Of a stretch of DNA of 64,000 bases, positions 49,004 to 58,822 are shown piece after piece. The notes under the pieces are model-generated. The model was not told the origin of the DNA, searched no databases, and saw only the letters and a list, made by a program, of their open reading frames with translations. Position 1 is the first letter of the stretch; each line of letters opens with the position of its first letter. A program made the translations under genes and the position numbers. The stretch is from Candidatus Bathyarchaeum tardum. Its GTDB lineage: Archaea > Thermoproteota > Bathyarchaeia > Bathyarchaeales > Bathyarchaeaceae. The stretch is taken from contig CP122380.1 of NCBI GenBank assembly GCA_024650005.2, forward strand, positions 1,472,001 to 1,536,000, given 5' to 3'.

Positions 49004-49885
49004 TTATTTGACTATTAGAACTGAACTTCTTGCATATATGCTTATGTCGTCACTTACGCTACCGAGCAAATATCGACCTACGGTACTTAAACCTCTGCTT
49101 CCTACTGCTATAATGTCAACGTTTGCTTTTTTTCCTACTTTGATAATAACTTCAGCAGGACTACCGAGTTCCATCATTTTATCGATTGGTAATCCTTCAG
49201 TTTTTTGTGAAGCATCTCTAAGGATACATTCACCAACAGTACCAAGACAATCAACGACCTGTGGTCCTCCAATACGAACTAGTTTGTCTTCTTCAACATG
49301 CAACAGTGCTAAGCTTGCATTATATTTCTTTGCCAATTCAACAGAATAACTAAGGGCTTTTTCTGCATGTTTAGATCCATCAACAGCAACAAGTATTCGC
49401 TTAAGCTGTGGTTTTTTCTTAACTATGAGAACTGGACATACAGAATGCCTTGCAATTTTTTCAGTAACGCTTCCCAGAGAATATCGAGGAGACTGGCTGT
49501 CAGCCCGGTTTCCGATAACAACTAAATCGTATTTTTCTTTTTTAATAAACTCCAGCAAGAATTCTGCAGGGTCTTCATGGGTGACTAGTTTAGCATCAAC
49601 AACGATTTTTTTCTCTTCAAATAATTCTTTGGCGTTTTTTATGATCTTTTTACCAGCAGCCATGTAGGATTCGTCAAGTTTGTGTAAAATAGAATGAGGC
49701 AACTGATACTGGGCTTTGAGTTCAGGATGCATAAACTCATGGGAAATAACATGCACGACAGTTACTTTGGAATTGAATTTTTTAGCGATAGAAGAAGCAA
49801 AAAGTTTAGCATGAAGACACGAATGTGAACCATCAACGGGCACAAGAATTTTCTGAAAAATTTGTTGACTAGTCATTATTGTCAC
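49004..49885 (-). CDS. Universal stress protein (two USP domains)
   Basis: ILVPVDGS / ILVAVDGS; LGSVTEKI / LGSVSDDI. Confidence 0.92.
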   Translation of the reverse strand: MTIMTSQQIFQKILVPVDGSHSCLHAKLFASSIAKKFNSKVTVVHVISHEFMHPELKAQYQLPHSILHKLDESYMAAGKKIIKNAKELFEEKKIVVDAKLVTHEDPAEFLLEFIKKEKYDLVVIGNRADSQSPRYSLGSVTEKIARHSVCPVLIVKKKPQLKRILVAVDGSKHAEKALSYSVELAKKYNASLALLHVEEDKLVRIGGPQVVDCLGTVGECILRDASQKTEGLPIDKMMELGSPAEVIIKVGKKANVDIIAVGSRGLSTVGRYLLGSVSDDISIYARSSVLIVK

Positions 49886-49941
49886 ACTTACATCTAAATT
49901 CTAATGTGTATTTTAACTTTCTTGGCACAAAAATGGGCAAA

Positions 49942-51447
49942 CTAGGAACGGCCACTCAGTATGTGCCTAAGATCAGTTGTTGTTAATACTCCAAGGATTT
50001 TTTTGGGATTAGATTCTTCAACAACTGCAATTCGTCCAATTTCGTAGGTTCTCATCTTTTTGAAAGCATCTAAAGCATGCTCTTTAGGGTAACAGACAAC
50101 AGGGTCATCGTGAGCAATGTCCCTGACCAAAATTTCGTTCCGTTTAGCTTTCTCAACTTTTGCAGCATCTTGCAAAGTTACAACCCCTACAAAGTCCCCA
50201 TTTTCATCTACAACTGGATAGCCAGTGTAATGATACTTTGCCATGAAATCCAAAAGTTGACTAACTGTCAAATTCGGAGATACAGTTTGTAGTTTTTTAG
50301 TCATAACATCTTCAACGTTATACTTGGATAGAATAGCTATTTCGTTCAAAGGCTTGGTAGGAACAGGAACATATGCTTGTTTCATGTCGTTTAGTTCTTT
50401 GATGGCAGTTCGTCTTTTTTGTTGGGCTGCTTCGATAACTTGAGCAAAAGCATCGGGTTCAAGCTCGATTACTCCAGTATTAATCACGCCTGCTTCAACT
50501 GCAGAATAGAAAAAGTTCTCTCCTGCTTTTGTTCTAATTATAACTGTAGACCATTCCTTTAGAGGATACGCAGTTCCAACTGAAATGTCTGCAAGCTCTG
50601 AAGTAAAATCTGTACAAGTTTCACAGCTGGTCAAAATGTTTGGTTTAACTTCAGAAAGGGGAACAATTATTGTTTCTTTGTCTGTTTTCACATAAAGCTT
50701 ATCAACGATGTCTAAACGTTTGATGTCATCTTGGTCAAGATTGTATTTTTCTTTAAGATATTTCAGCATACTACCAAAAGAAAGGGTCCAAAAACAGAAA
50801 AGACCAATGATTACTTTCAGGTTTCCTGAAATTCTGTGTTCCCAAGCTTCAAGTTTACGTAAAGCCAAAACGTGACAAGGTACCCCAACAAAGGCAATGT
50901 TACCTTTTCCGTATTCGTAAACTGCACTTCCGTATGCTCGGGCAACTGATGATGGAAAGAATTTACTTCCAACAGCTGCAAAAATGTCGTCTGGAACAAC
51001 ACCAACTAGTGCTTTGGGTTTAATGGGAACGTCAGTTTCCGCTTGAGAGACAATTGCACTATCAATAATCCCAGTATCTATGGCATTTGTTAGAAGAGTG
51101 GTAACAACTCCACCGCCATGACCAAGTTTTCTTAGTTCGGGGTCTGCGGCTTGGGCAAGCAAAATTTTTCGGTAGTAGCCTAAGCCTTCTCGTTTTGTGG
51201 GTGAGTCAGAAACAAACTTGAGTGTAGCACGCATAAGGGTGTCAGAATGGGGACAAATCTCAAAACAGATTGGACAAGATCCTATATGTTCTGAGCAATC
51301 AAAATGTTCCACTTTTCCGTCTCCAACGGTTATTGCGTGAACAGGGCATGCGGCTTCACAGGCTCCGCAGAAGGTGCAAAAACCAGAATTAATGATTTTA
51401 CTTTCTAAATCATTGTATGCTATTGCATTTTCCTTTTTTGTTGCCAA
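49942..51447 (-). CDS. FrhB/FpoF-family F420-binding subunit with two [4Fe-4S] motifs, fused to a C-terminal CBS pair
   Basis: CTFCGACEAACP, GGGVVT, GVPCHV, GLFC, CETCTDF..ELADISVG; VEDVMT...GYPVVD, ILGVLTTTD. Confidence 0.88.
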   Translation of the reverse strand: MATKKENAIAYNDLESKIINSGFCTFCGACEAACPVHAITVGDGKVEHFDCSEHIGSCPICFEICPHSDTLMRATLKFVSDSPTKREGLGYYRKILLAQAADPELRKLGHGGGVVTTLLTNAIDTGIIDSAIVSQAETDVPIKPKALVGVVPDDIFAAVGSKFFPSSVARAYGSAVYEYGKGNIAFVGVPCHVLALRKLEAWEHRISGNLKVIIGLFCFWTLSFGSMLKYLKEKYNLDQDDIKRLDIVDKLYVKTDKETIIVPLSEVKPNILTSCETCTDFTSELADISVGTAYPLKEWSTVIIRTKAGENFFYSAVEAGVINTGVIELEPDAFAQVIEAAQQKRRTAIKELNDMKQAYVPVPTKPLNEIAILSKYNVEDVMTKKLQTVSPNLTVSQLLDFMAKYHYTGYPVVDENGDFVGVVTLQDAAKVEKAKRNEILVRDIAHDDPVVCYPKEHALDAFKKMRTYEIGRIAVVEESNPKKILGVLTTTDLRHILSGRS

Positions 51448-51497
51448 TCAATTCCCCACCATTATTTTGTATGTGATTTTTAGTTAAGATTTTTGGG

Positions 51498-52979
51498 TTA
51501 CACCGGCAACGATGTAGCAACCGATGAAACCAAACTCAATGCCAAATCTGGGAACAACCCCAGAACAACTATTATGACGACTAAACAGTATATTGGAATG
51601 AGCAACTTTTTGGGTTCTTCAATAGGTAAATCACTTTTTGCTGGTTTACCGTAGAAATAATGGATTACGCGTAAGAAATATGCAGATTGAAGAACAGACG
51701 TCAACACACCAACTATAGCTAACCATGAAACGCTTGATTGCAAAACAGATGTAAATACCATGTATTTTGCGATAAATCCTGCGAAAAGGGGCACACCCGA
51801 GAAAGACAAGGCTGCACATATAAATGCTAGACTTGTGAGGGGCATTCGTCGTCCCATACCAGACATGTCTTCTAATGTTTCAAAGCCGTTGTTTCTGAAA
51901 ACTCCAATTACCATGAAGGCCAAAGCAGTTTCTAGTGCTGCAACAAAGAAAAAGAACAAGTTGCCCATAAGACCAATAGAAGTTATACTTGTAATGGCTA
52001 TTAGGTTGTAGCCAATATCTGCGATGCAAACATAGGAAATCATTCTTTTTACGTTTTGTTGGGCTAGGGCGAACATGTTTCCTGCAATCATTGTAATTGC
52101 AGAGAAAACGGCCACAGTAAATCTCCAATCAATAACTGCTGTGGGGGTCAAGATAAACAACAAAACCCGCAGGATTACGTAGTAGCTGCCTTGGTCCACA
52201 ATGGCAGACAAGAAAGCTGAACCAGAGTCAGGAGCAGCAGTGTAAGCGTCAGGCATCCACATGTGAAAAGGAACAATTGCGGTTTCGATTGCATAGCCTG
52301 CAACAATGAAAGAAAATGCTATCAACAAAAGTGTTGGATTAGAAGTAGTTAACAGAACTTCTTTAACGGTCCAAAAGTTCAGAGAACCTGTCATACCATA
52401 AATTAATGATAACCCGTAAAGTGTGAAACCAGAAGCTATGATAACCATAACCAGATACTTCAATGCAGACTCTAAGGATTCACGAGATTTTCTGTAAGCC
52501 ACAATGAAACATGCACCTGCAGCGGCAGCTTCCCAAAATATGAAAAGGGTTAGCAGATCACCTGAAAAGGTAGCTGCAACTACAGCTCCAGTTACCATAA
52601 GCAATAGGGCATAGTATCTTTCAGATAAATTCTCTTTTGAATTAACGTGCAACACGCCATAAATGCAAGAAATGGATCCCACTACCATGTAGGCAATTAC
52701 CATGTAAACTGAGACCGCATCAATGAGAAAACTGCTAGATATGGAAGCAAATATAGTGTCACCCGAAGAAACTTGTATGAAAGCTTCAGGTTGACTGTAA
52801 AATTCAGTTGCTATTTGATAAACTCCCATTGATGCAGCAGCGAATGTGAGCAGTATCCAAACTACCATGAAGTGTTGTGAGTTAATTCTAGTTTTTCTCA
52901 CTATACGCAGAAGAGGTACAGTGAGTAAAGCACAAATCGTAAAGACTATTGTTGGCAATAGAACGTCGACAATATTCAT
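51498..52979 (-). CDS. nuoN: Antiporter-like membrane subunit N
   Basis: PFHMWMPDAY, KRMISY, many TM segments. Confidence 0.85.
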   Translation of the reverse strand: MNIVDVLLPTIVFTICALLTVPLLRIVRKTRINSQHFMVVWILLTFAAASMGVYQIATEFYSQPEAFIQVSSGDTIFASISSSFLIDAVSVYMVIAYMVVGSISCIYGVLHVNSKENLSERYYALLLMVTGAVVAATFSGDLLTLFIFWEAAAAGACFIVAYRKSRESLESALKYLVMVIIASGFTLYGLSLIYGMTGSLNFWTVKEVLLTTSNPTLLLIAFSFIVAGYAIETAIVPFHMWMPDAYTAAPDSGSAFLSAIVDQGSYYVILRVLLFILTPTAVIDWRFTVAVFSAITMIAGNMFALAQQNVKRMISYVCIADIGYNLIAITSITSIGLMGNLFFFFVAALETALAFMVIGVFRNNGFETLEDMSGMGRRMPLTSLAFICAALSFSGVPLFAGFIAKYMVFTSVLQSSVSWLAIVGVLTSVLQSAYFLRVIHYFYGKPAKSDLPIEEPKKLLIPIYCLVVIIVVLGLFPDLALSLVSSVATSLPV

Positions 52980-52992
52980 TGTTTTTGCCTCT

Positions 52993-54510
52993 TTACAATA
53001 TTGAAGTAACAGCGTGGATTAGGTCGATAAAGATTCCCGGATAAATACCAAGCAACACAACAAATGCTGCCAATGCAACCATCGAAATTGTAATCCAGAT
53101 TTTTGGGTCTTGGGTTTTATTCTTGTTTTCATCTTCGTCCAGTTCAGCGTCAGAGTGTGCAAAGTGAATTGGTTTTTCAGGGGCTGCTAAGAATACTTTC
53201 CAGAAATACCGCAAGACATAACCAAGACTGAAAACAGTTGCAATGAGCATCAGAATAGTTGGCAAGTAATAGGATGCGTCTGCTCCAGCTGCACCAACAG
53301 CTCCAACAAAAATGTGGAACTCGCTTATGAAACAGGCAAACGGAGGAATGCCCCCGATGCTAAAAGCAGCAATTGCAGAACATATGGCAGTTATGGGCAT
53401 CTTTGATGCTAAACCGCCCATTTCTTTGATGTTACGTACACCTGTTTGATGCATTACTGCACCTGCAGTTAAGAACAAAAGGCCTTTGCTTGCAGAGTGG
53501 TTAACTAAATGGAGTACACCTCCAGTGATTCCTTCAGTATTAGGAAACAAAGATAAAGCAAACAAGGTGTAGCCCATGTGGCTAATGCTTGAGTATGCGA
53601 TTATTCGTTTGATGTCTGTTTCTGCAATAGCAAGGAAAGACCCATAAAACGCGGATATAACTCCAAAGAAACTCAGCACAAGCAAGATTTGGTTTCCTGC
53701 GTTAGGTATGGCTGTGTAAACTGTTCCAAGAGCTATTCTTAGAATTGCGTATCCTCCAGCACCTATTATTACTCCACTGAGAAGGGCAGACATGGGTGCG
53801 GGAGCTTCACCGTGGGCGTCAGGAAGCCACATATGAAGGGGAACAATGGCCATTTTTACTGCGAATCCTGCAATAAAGGAAATTAGAATCCAAGTTAGAA
53901 TTGCAGGGTCTTTTGAAGCAAGTAAGACTTGTGCTTCAAATATGTCAAGGGTGCCAGTTAGCATGTAGATGGCGCCGATGCCCAGAAGTACGAAGATTGC
54001 TCCAGCATGTGTAAATATGAAGAATTTGAAGGCTGTTTTGAAAGAGTCCCTGTAGCCCCATCCTCCGATGATGAAGTACGTAGGAACAAGCATGAGTTCC
54101 CAACAGAAATAGAAGAGCAACAGGTTAGAGGTAATGAAAACTCCAATCAGTCCGATAGTAAGCAAACTTAGTAACGCGTAATATTGTGGAAGCGAGCTTT
54201 TTTCTTCCATGTAATTAATTGAGTAAATTACACAGGCTGCAACAAGTATCAATGTTGCAATGGTTAAAGACAAACTGATACCGTCAACAAAAAGCGTGAA
54301 ATCTGAACCTAATGTGGGAATCCAAGTGTAAGATTCAACGTATGCACCTTCGTCAAGAACAGTCGGTACTAAAGTTAAAAGCATCGACAAGCTAGCTATT
54401 GAAATTAAAGCTAAGAAAAGTGCACCAATTTTTGCAGATTTTTTACCAATGCCAAATACTACTGGAATAGCCAGAGCAGGCAAGATCAAAGCGATTAATA
54501 GTGTTTGCAT
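52993..54510 (-). CDS. nuoM: Antiporter-like membrane subunit M
   Basis: WELML.P, PLHMWLPDAHGEAP, IAYSSISHMG. Confidence 0.9.
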   Translation of the reverse strand: MQTLLIALILPALAIPVVFGIGKKSAKIGALFLALISIASLSMLLTLVPTVLDEGAYVESYTWIPTLGSDFTLFVDGISLSLTIATLILVAACVIYSINYMEEKSSLPQYYALLSLLTIGLIGVFITSNLLLFYFCWELMLVPTYFIIGGWGYRDSFKTAFKFFIFTHAGAIFVLLGIGAIYMLTGTLDIFEAQVLLASKDPAILTWILISFIAGFAVKMAIVPLHMWLPDAHGEAPAPMSALLSGVIIGAGGYAILRIALGTVYTAIPNAGNQILLVLSFFGVISAFYGSFLAIAETDIKRIIAYSSISHMGYTLFALSLFPNTEGITGGVLHLVNHSASKGLLFLTAGAVMHQTGVRNIKEMGGLASKMPITAICSAIAAFSIGGIPPFACFISEFHIFVGAVGAAGADASYYLPTILMLIATVFSLGYVLRYFWKVFLAAPEKPIHFAHSDAELDEDENKNKTQDPKIWITISMVALAAFVVLLGIYPGIFIDLIHAVTSIL

Positions 54511-54516
54511 TTTGTT

Positions 54517-56625
54517 TTACCTCAAAGATGTAAATAATAACAATATTACGATTATGATGAACCCAATTGCAGCTGCCAAAACAAAGTCTGGTAGGTGTCC
54601 TCGATGAATTTTCTTTAGTTTCTCGCCTTGTTTGACGGTGGTTCCAGCAAACAGATAGACCATTTTATTTAGGAAAGTGTCAATTGTTTCGTGGGTTACT
54701 CGGGCTGTTTTTACTGTTCCACCTGCTAGAATGTAACAGAAACGGTCAAGGAAAGCATCAAGATTTTCAAGAGTTTTATTAGCAATAACCACAGCAACCC
54801 CTGCAATAATGTACACGAACCTATCAAGGAAAGATTCAACATAGTTCAAGGTGCCAAGGACGAGTTTTGAAGCTACACCTGCAACAGCATATGGAAATTT
54901 TTGTATTGCAGCTGTTTCAACAAATTTGAACATGAAATGTGACAACCCCATTATTCCATTCAATATTTTATTGTAAACGGCATCAAAATAGTAACCATTA
55001 GATGTAACCAGATAAAATGGATGGTTTAAAAGACTTCTTGAGAAAATCAACGAAGTTGAGCGCCGTTTGTAGTAAAGATAGTAAGCTGTAGGAATTGCAA
55101 TCGCAAGAATAACTGCTGAAGTTTCGCTAGCCAAAAGCACTCCGGTTGTTGAAATTTCTGCATGTATTTGCAGATAGTGTTCAAGGGGTGCTTTGAAAAA
55201 GCCCATAATACATGAAGCAGCAGCCAATATGATGAGGGGCACATAGATTATTGGTTTTGGATCATGAAAGTGGTGGTCAGCTAGAAATTCAGAGCGTTTT
55301 CCAAGGAAAACTTTGCAGATCCAGCGTATGCTGTAGATTGCTGTTAGTAAAGATGTTCCAAAGATTAGTATGAACAAAGGAATGTTGTTGGCTTGAATTA
55401 TGGCTTCAAAGATTGTGTCTTTACTCCAGAAGCCACTGAAAGGTGGAATTCCTGCAAGTGAGAAGGCTCCAATAACGCTTACGATGAAGGTTATAGGCAT
55501 TGCTTTTCGTAGTCCACCTAAATGGTTCAGTTCAAGGGTGTGAGTGGCGTGCATTACAACACCGGCACAAAGGAACAAAAGTGATTTGAAAAGGGCGTGA
55601 CTAATTACGTGGAATTGGCTCGCGAACCATCCAAGTTCGGTCCCAATTCCCAGAGCGGACATTATCATACCCAGTTGGCTTATGGTTGAAAATGCCAAAA
55701 CTCGTTTCATGTCTGAGCTGGTTAAAGCCATTGTTGCTGCAAGAAATGCTGTGATTCCTCCAACATATGTGATGGTTGTTAACCATGGCGTAACAAATGA
55801 GAACAGAATGTAGATTCTTGCCACAAGATAGATTCCGGCTTTTACCATTGTTGCACCATGAATTAGGGCACTTGTTGGAGTGGGTCCTTCCATGGCGTTT
55901 GGCAACCACACATGCAATGGAACTTGGGCAGATTTGCCGACCGCTCCAATCAACATTAAAATGGATATTGCTAATGCAGGAACTGATACTTGTCCGGCAA
56001 GTATTAGTTCTTTTATTTCAAGGAAGTTGAAAGTGCCCGTGTTTACGTATAGTATCAGTATTCCGAGTAACAGAAAGATATCTCCGACACGAGTTACAAT
56101 GAATGCTTTCATGCCAGCTTTTGCGGCTTCTGTTCTGTTGTACCAGAATCCAATAAGGGAGTATGAACAGAGTCCAACGGTTTCCCAGAAGAAATACATC
56201 TGCAAGAGGTTGTTAGCCATTACTAAACCAAGCATTCCTCCGATGAAAAGGAGCATGAAGAAAAAGAATCGGGGTGTTGCTTTTTCTTTTTCCATGTAGT
56301 TTACTGAGTAAATCATGATCAGCAAACCAATACAGGCTGCGATGTTTGCCATCATAGTGCTTAAAGGATCGATAAGAACGCTAGCGTCAATGCCCATGGC
56401 AGGCATCCAAGGTATAGAAAACACCTCGGCTTCACCATGACCATTCAGAACGCCAGAGAGTAATGACAGGGTATTTATTACTGAAATCGCAGTTACAAAA
56501 ACTGCGTACCATCCAACCCATTTTCGGCGAAGTTTAGCAACTAAAGGTACAAACAGTGCAGCAAGAAAAGGAATTCCCCAACATAACCATGCAGCGTACT
56601 CTACAGGAACAAACACGTTAAGCAT
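54517..56625 (-). CDS. nuoL: Antiporter-like membrane subunit L
   Basis: KSAQVPLHVWLPNAMEGPTP, HALFK, GFWSKD. Confidence 0.92.
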   Translation of the reverse strand: MLNVFVPVEYAAWLCWGIPFLAALFVPLVAKLRRKWVGWYAVFVTAISVINTLSLLSGVLNGHGEAEVFSIPWMPAMGIDASVLIDPLSTMMANIAACIGLLIMIYSVNYMEKEKATPRFFFFMLLFIGGMLGLVMANNLLQMYFFWETVGLCSYSLIGFWYNRTEAAKAGMKAFIVTRVGDIFLLLGILILYVNTGTFNFLEIKELILAGQVSVPALAISILMLIGAVGKSAQVPLHVWLPNAMEGPTPTSALIHGATMVKAGIYLVARIYILFSFVTPWLTTITYVGGITAFLAATMALTSSDMKRVLAFSTISQLGMIMSALGIGTELGWFASQFHVISHALFKSLLFLCAGVVMHATHTLELNHLGGLRKAMPITFIVSVIGAFSLAGIPPFSGFWSKDTIFEAIIQANNIPLFILIFGTSLLTAIYSIRWICKVFLGKRSEFLADHHFHDPKPIIYVPLIILAAASCIMGFFKAPLEHYLQIHAEISTTGVLLASETSAVILAIAIPTAYYLYYKRRSTSLIFSRSLLNHPFYLVTSNGYYFDAVYNKILNGIMGLSHFMFKFVETAAIQKFPYAVAGVASKLVLGTLNYVESFLDRFVYIIAGVAVVIANKTLENLDAFLDRFCYILAGGTVKTARVTHETIDTFLNKMVYLFAGTTVKQGEKLKKIHRGHLPDFVLAAAIGFIIIVILLLFTSLR

Positions 56626-56950
56626 CCTCCTTTACTTGTTGTTTGTTTTGTTCCGTTTCTTCATCATTTGCTTCTGATAGGTCTCGAACGTTACTGATGT
56701 TTAGTTTTTTGTAAATTGTAATAGCAAGGGCAAGGGCAACTGCAGTTACGCAAGCGTCAACAGACAATGCAAGTATCAAAAAAGCTTGACCTAAAGAGTT
56801 GTCCATTAAAGAGCCGAATACAACAAAATTCATTGTTGCCGCTGCGGTAATCATTTCTATTGCAATTAGCATTTTGATTAGATCATGTTTTGTGACCAAC
56901 CCGATTATTCCAATTGCCAGAAGAGTAACAGAAAGAATGATGTAATCCAT
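56618..56950 (-). CDS. nuoK: Membrane subunit K
   Basis: Three TM segments, IKMLIAIEM. Confidence 0.82.
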   Translation of the reverse strand: MDYIILSVTLLAIGIIGLVTKHDLIKMLIAIEMITAAATMNFVVFGSLMDNSLGQAFLILALSVDACVTAVALALAITIYKKLNISNVRDLSEANDEETEQNKQQVKEDA

Positions 56951-57415
56951 CTATTTTTTCCTCCGTTCTTCGCGCAGCAGGAGAATTACACCAATTGCAG
57001 CAGTTAGTACAACTAAACCTTGAGCAAGAACGTCAATACCCCTCAAGTCCCAGATTGTTTGGGATAAAGAAATCTCCATTGATTGGATGGAAAAGTCTGT
57101 TTCCACGGTTCCAATAAGCATTGGAACACAAAGAACCAAAGAGGCAATTATCGCCAAAAACTTAGTTTTCAGGGATGTTTTTGCATCACGTTCAGTCGTT
57201 AAAGTATCACCAGCCAACAAGAAAATTGCGGCAGTTCCTGTGCCCAGTGCCAATTGGAAAATTGCAGCAAGGGGTGCATTTAAGTTGAAGTATAACAGGG
57301 CAAGTAAAAGCATCAGTGTGCTTAAGGACAAAACTGAAGCAATTGTTTCTTTAAGGTAAATCGCGAAAACTGCGGAAGTTATAATGCCAATAGCGAGAAA
57401 TGTTTCAAACAACAT
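56951..57415 (-). CDS. nuoJ: Membrane subunit J
   Basis: Five TM segments, operon position, WDLRGID..Q. Confidence 0.72.
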   Translation of the reverse strand: MLFETFLAIGIITSAVFAIYLKETIASVLSLSTLMLLLALLYFNLNAPLAAIFQLALGTGTAAIFLLAGDTLTTERDAKTSLKTKFLAIIASLVLCVPMLIGTVETDFSIQSMEISLSQTIWDLRGIDVLAQGLVVLTAAIGVILLLREERRKK

Positions 57416-57837
57416 TATTTTGTTCCCCCTTGTGATGCAGGTTTTCGTGCAGGCAAAAATTCTTCTGGATTTACTAACATGTCTTTTGTTTCTGTGGTTG
57501 ACATCTCATAATTTGTAGATAGTTCTATTGCAGTTCTTGGGCAAGTTTCTGCACATTGGTAACAGAATATGCAACGATCAAGGAAAAATTTTGGCATCCG
57601 TTTTCCAGAAACTTCTACAAGCTCGATAGCTTTTGCAGGGCAGTCGCGTTCACATAGACCACAACTGATGCATTTTATTGGGTCAAAGGTGTGTCGACCA
57701 CGGTATCCTTCAGGTGCTTGTACGGAGACAAATGGATACTCACGAGTAAAGGGCTTCTTGAAGAGACACGAGCCCATGTCTTTTATCAACGCTGGAAATC
57801 TTCGTTTTTTTGGCACAGCTTTTCCTCCGTTAACCAA
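57415..57837 (-). CDS. nuoI: 2[4Fe-4S] subunit I
   Basis: FT.EYP, YRGR, CISCGLCERDCP, CIFCYQCAETCP. Confidence 0.9.
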   Translation of the reverse strand: MVNGGKAVPKKRRFPALIKDMGSCLFKKPFTREYPFVSVQAPEGYRGRHTFDPIKCISCGLCERDCPAKAIELVEVSGKRMPKFFLDRCIFCYQCAETCPRTAIELSTNYEMSTTETKDMLVNPEEFLPARKPASQGGTK

Positions 57838-58822
57838 TCACCGACCGCAATAAGGGTTCAACGATTACAGTAAGAGCAAGGGAAAGAATCGACAATGGAA
57901 TCAACATTTGCCAATTCCCATGAACAACCTGATCGATACGCAACCGAGCGGAAACATTACCGACATACTCAAGAACAAAAACCACACCTAAGGTTTTTAC
58001 CATAAACCAGAAAGCATACCAAATTTCAGGAGGACCAAAAAAGATGGGTCCATGTGCGCCACCTAAGAACAACATAGTTACAAGAGAAGCGCCAATCAGA
58101 AACTGGAAATCTTCTGCAAGTTTTATGAAAGCAAGTTTTCTTCCACTGTATTCAGTTTCATAACCACCGACTATTTCAGTTTCTGCATGCGGTATATCAA
58201 AGGGGTCTTTTTCTAGTTCAGCTTGTAAAACAATAATGAATAATACACAACACCACGGTGCTAAAATAAGATAAGGAATGGGCTGATTTGCAGCGATCGT
58301 AGTGAGTGACAAACTTTTGGCCAGATAAGCAGGACCAGTTGCAAGAAGAATAAGAGGAATGTCATAACCAAGGAATTGGGTTAAAACTCGGGTTGCACCT
58401 ATTCCGCTGTAAGGGTTTAATGAAGACCAGCCAGAAAGAAAAAGTGCAAAGTTAGCAAGAGTCAATAAAAGCAAAACTAAAAGTAAATCCCCTTCAAAAT
58501 TTGAACCCAAAATGACGTTTGAACCATCAATTGGAATAAAGAAAATGGCAAACACATACAATGAAAAGGCAAGAAGGGGGGCTATGATGAATAATGTTTT
58601 GTTGGTTTGCTTTGGAGTGATGTCTTCTTTTGAAAACAATTTGATATAGTCAGCAATAGGTTGAAGAATTCCAAAGGGACCTGCATAGGTTGGACCCATA
58701 CGGTTCTGGAATCTTGCAGTTATTTTTCTTTCGAACCAGTCAAAGAAGAGCACAAGAATCAACAGAAAAAGGAAACCTGGAAATACCAGAATCCTTAGGA
58801 GAAAAACTAGATCAAGTGCCAA
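57830..58822 (-). CDS. nuoH: Membrane subunit H
   Basis: ERK..AR.QNRMGP, QPIADYIKL..KE, PFDIP.AE.EIVGGY.TEYSG. Confidence 0.92.
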   Translation of the reverse strand: MALDLVFLLRILVFPGFLFLLILVLFFDWFERKITARFQNRMGPTYAGPFGILQPIADYIKLFSKEDITPKQTNKTLFIIAPLLAFSLYVFAIFFIPIDGSNVILGSNFEGDLLLVLLLLTLANFALFLSGWSSLNPYSGIGATRVLTQFLGYDIPLILLATGPAYLAKSLSLTTIAANQPIPYLILAPWCCVLFIIVLQAELEKDPFDIPHAETEIVGGYETEYSGRKLAFIKLAEDFQFLIGASLVTMLFLGGAHGPIFFGPPEIWYAFWFMVKTLGVVFVLEYVGNVSARLRIDQVVHGNWQMLIPLSILSLALTVIVEPLLRSVIG

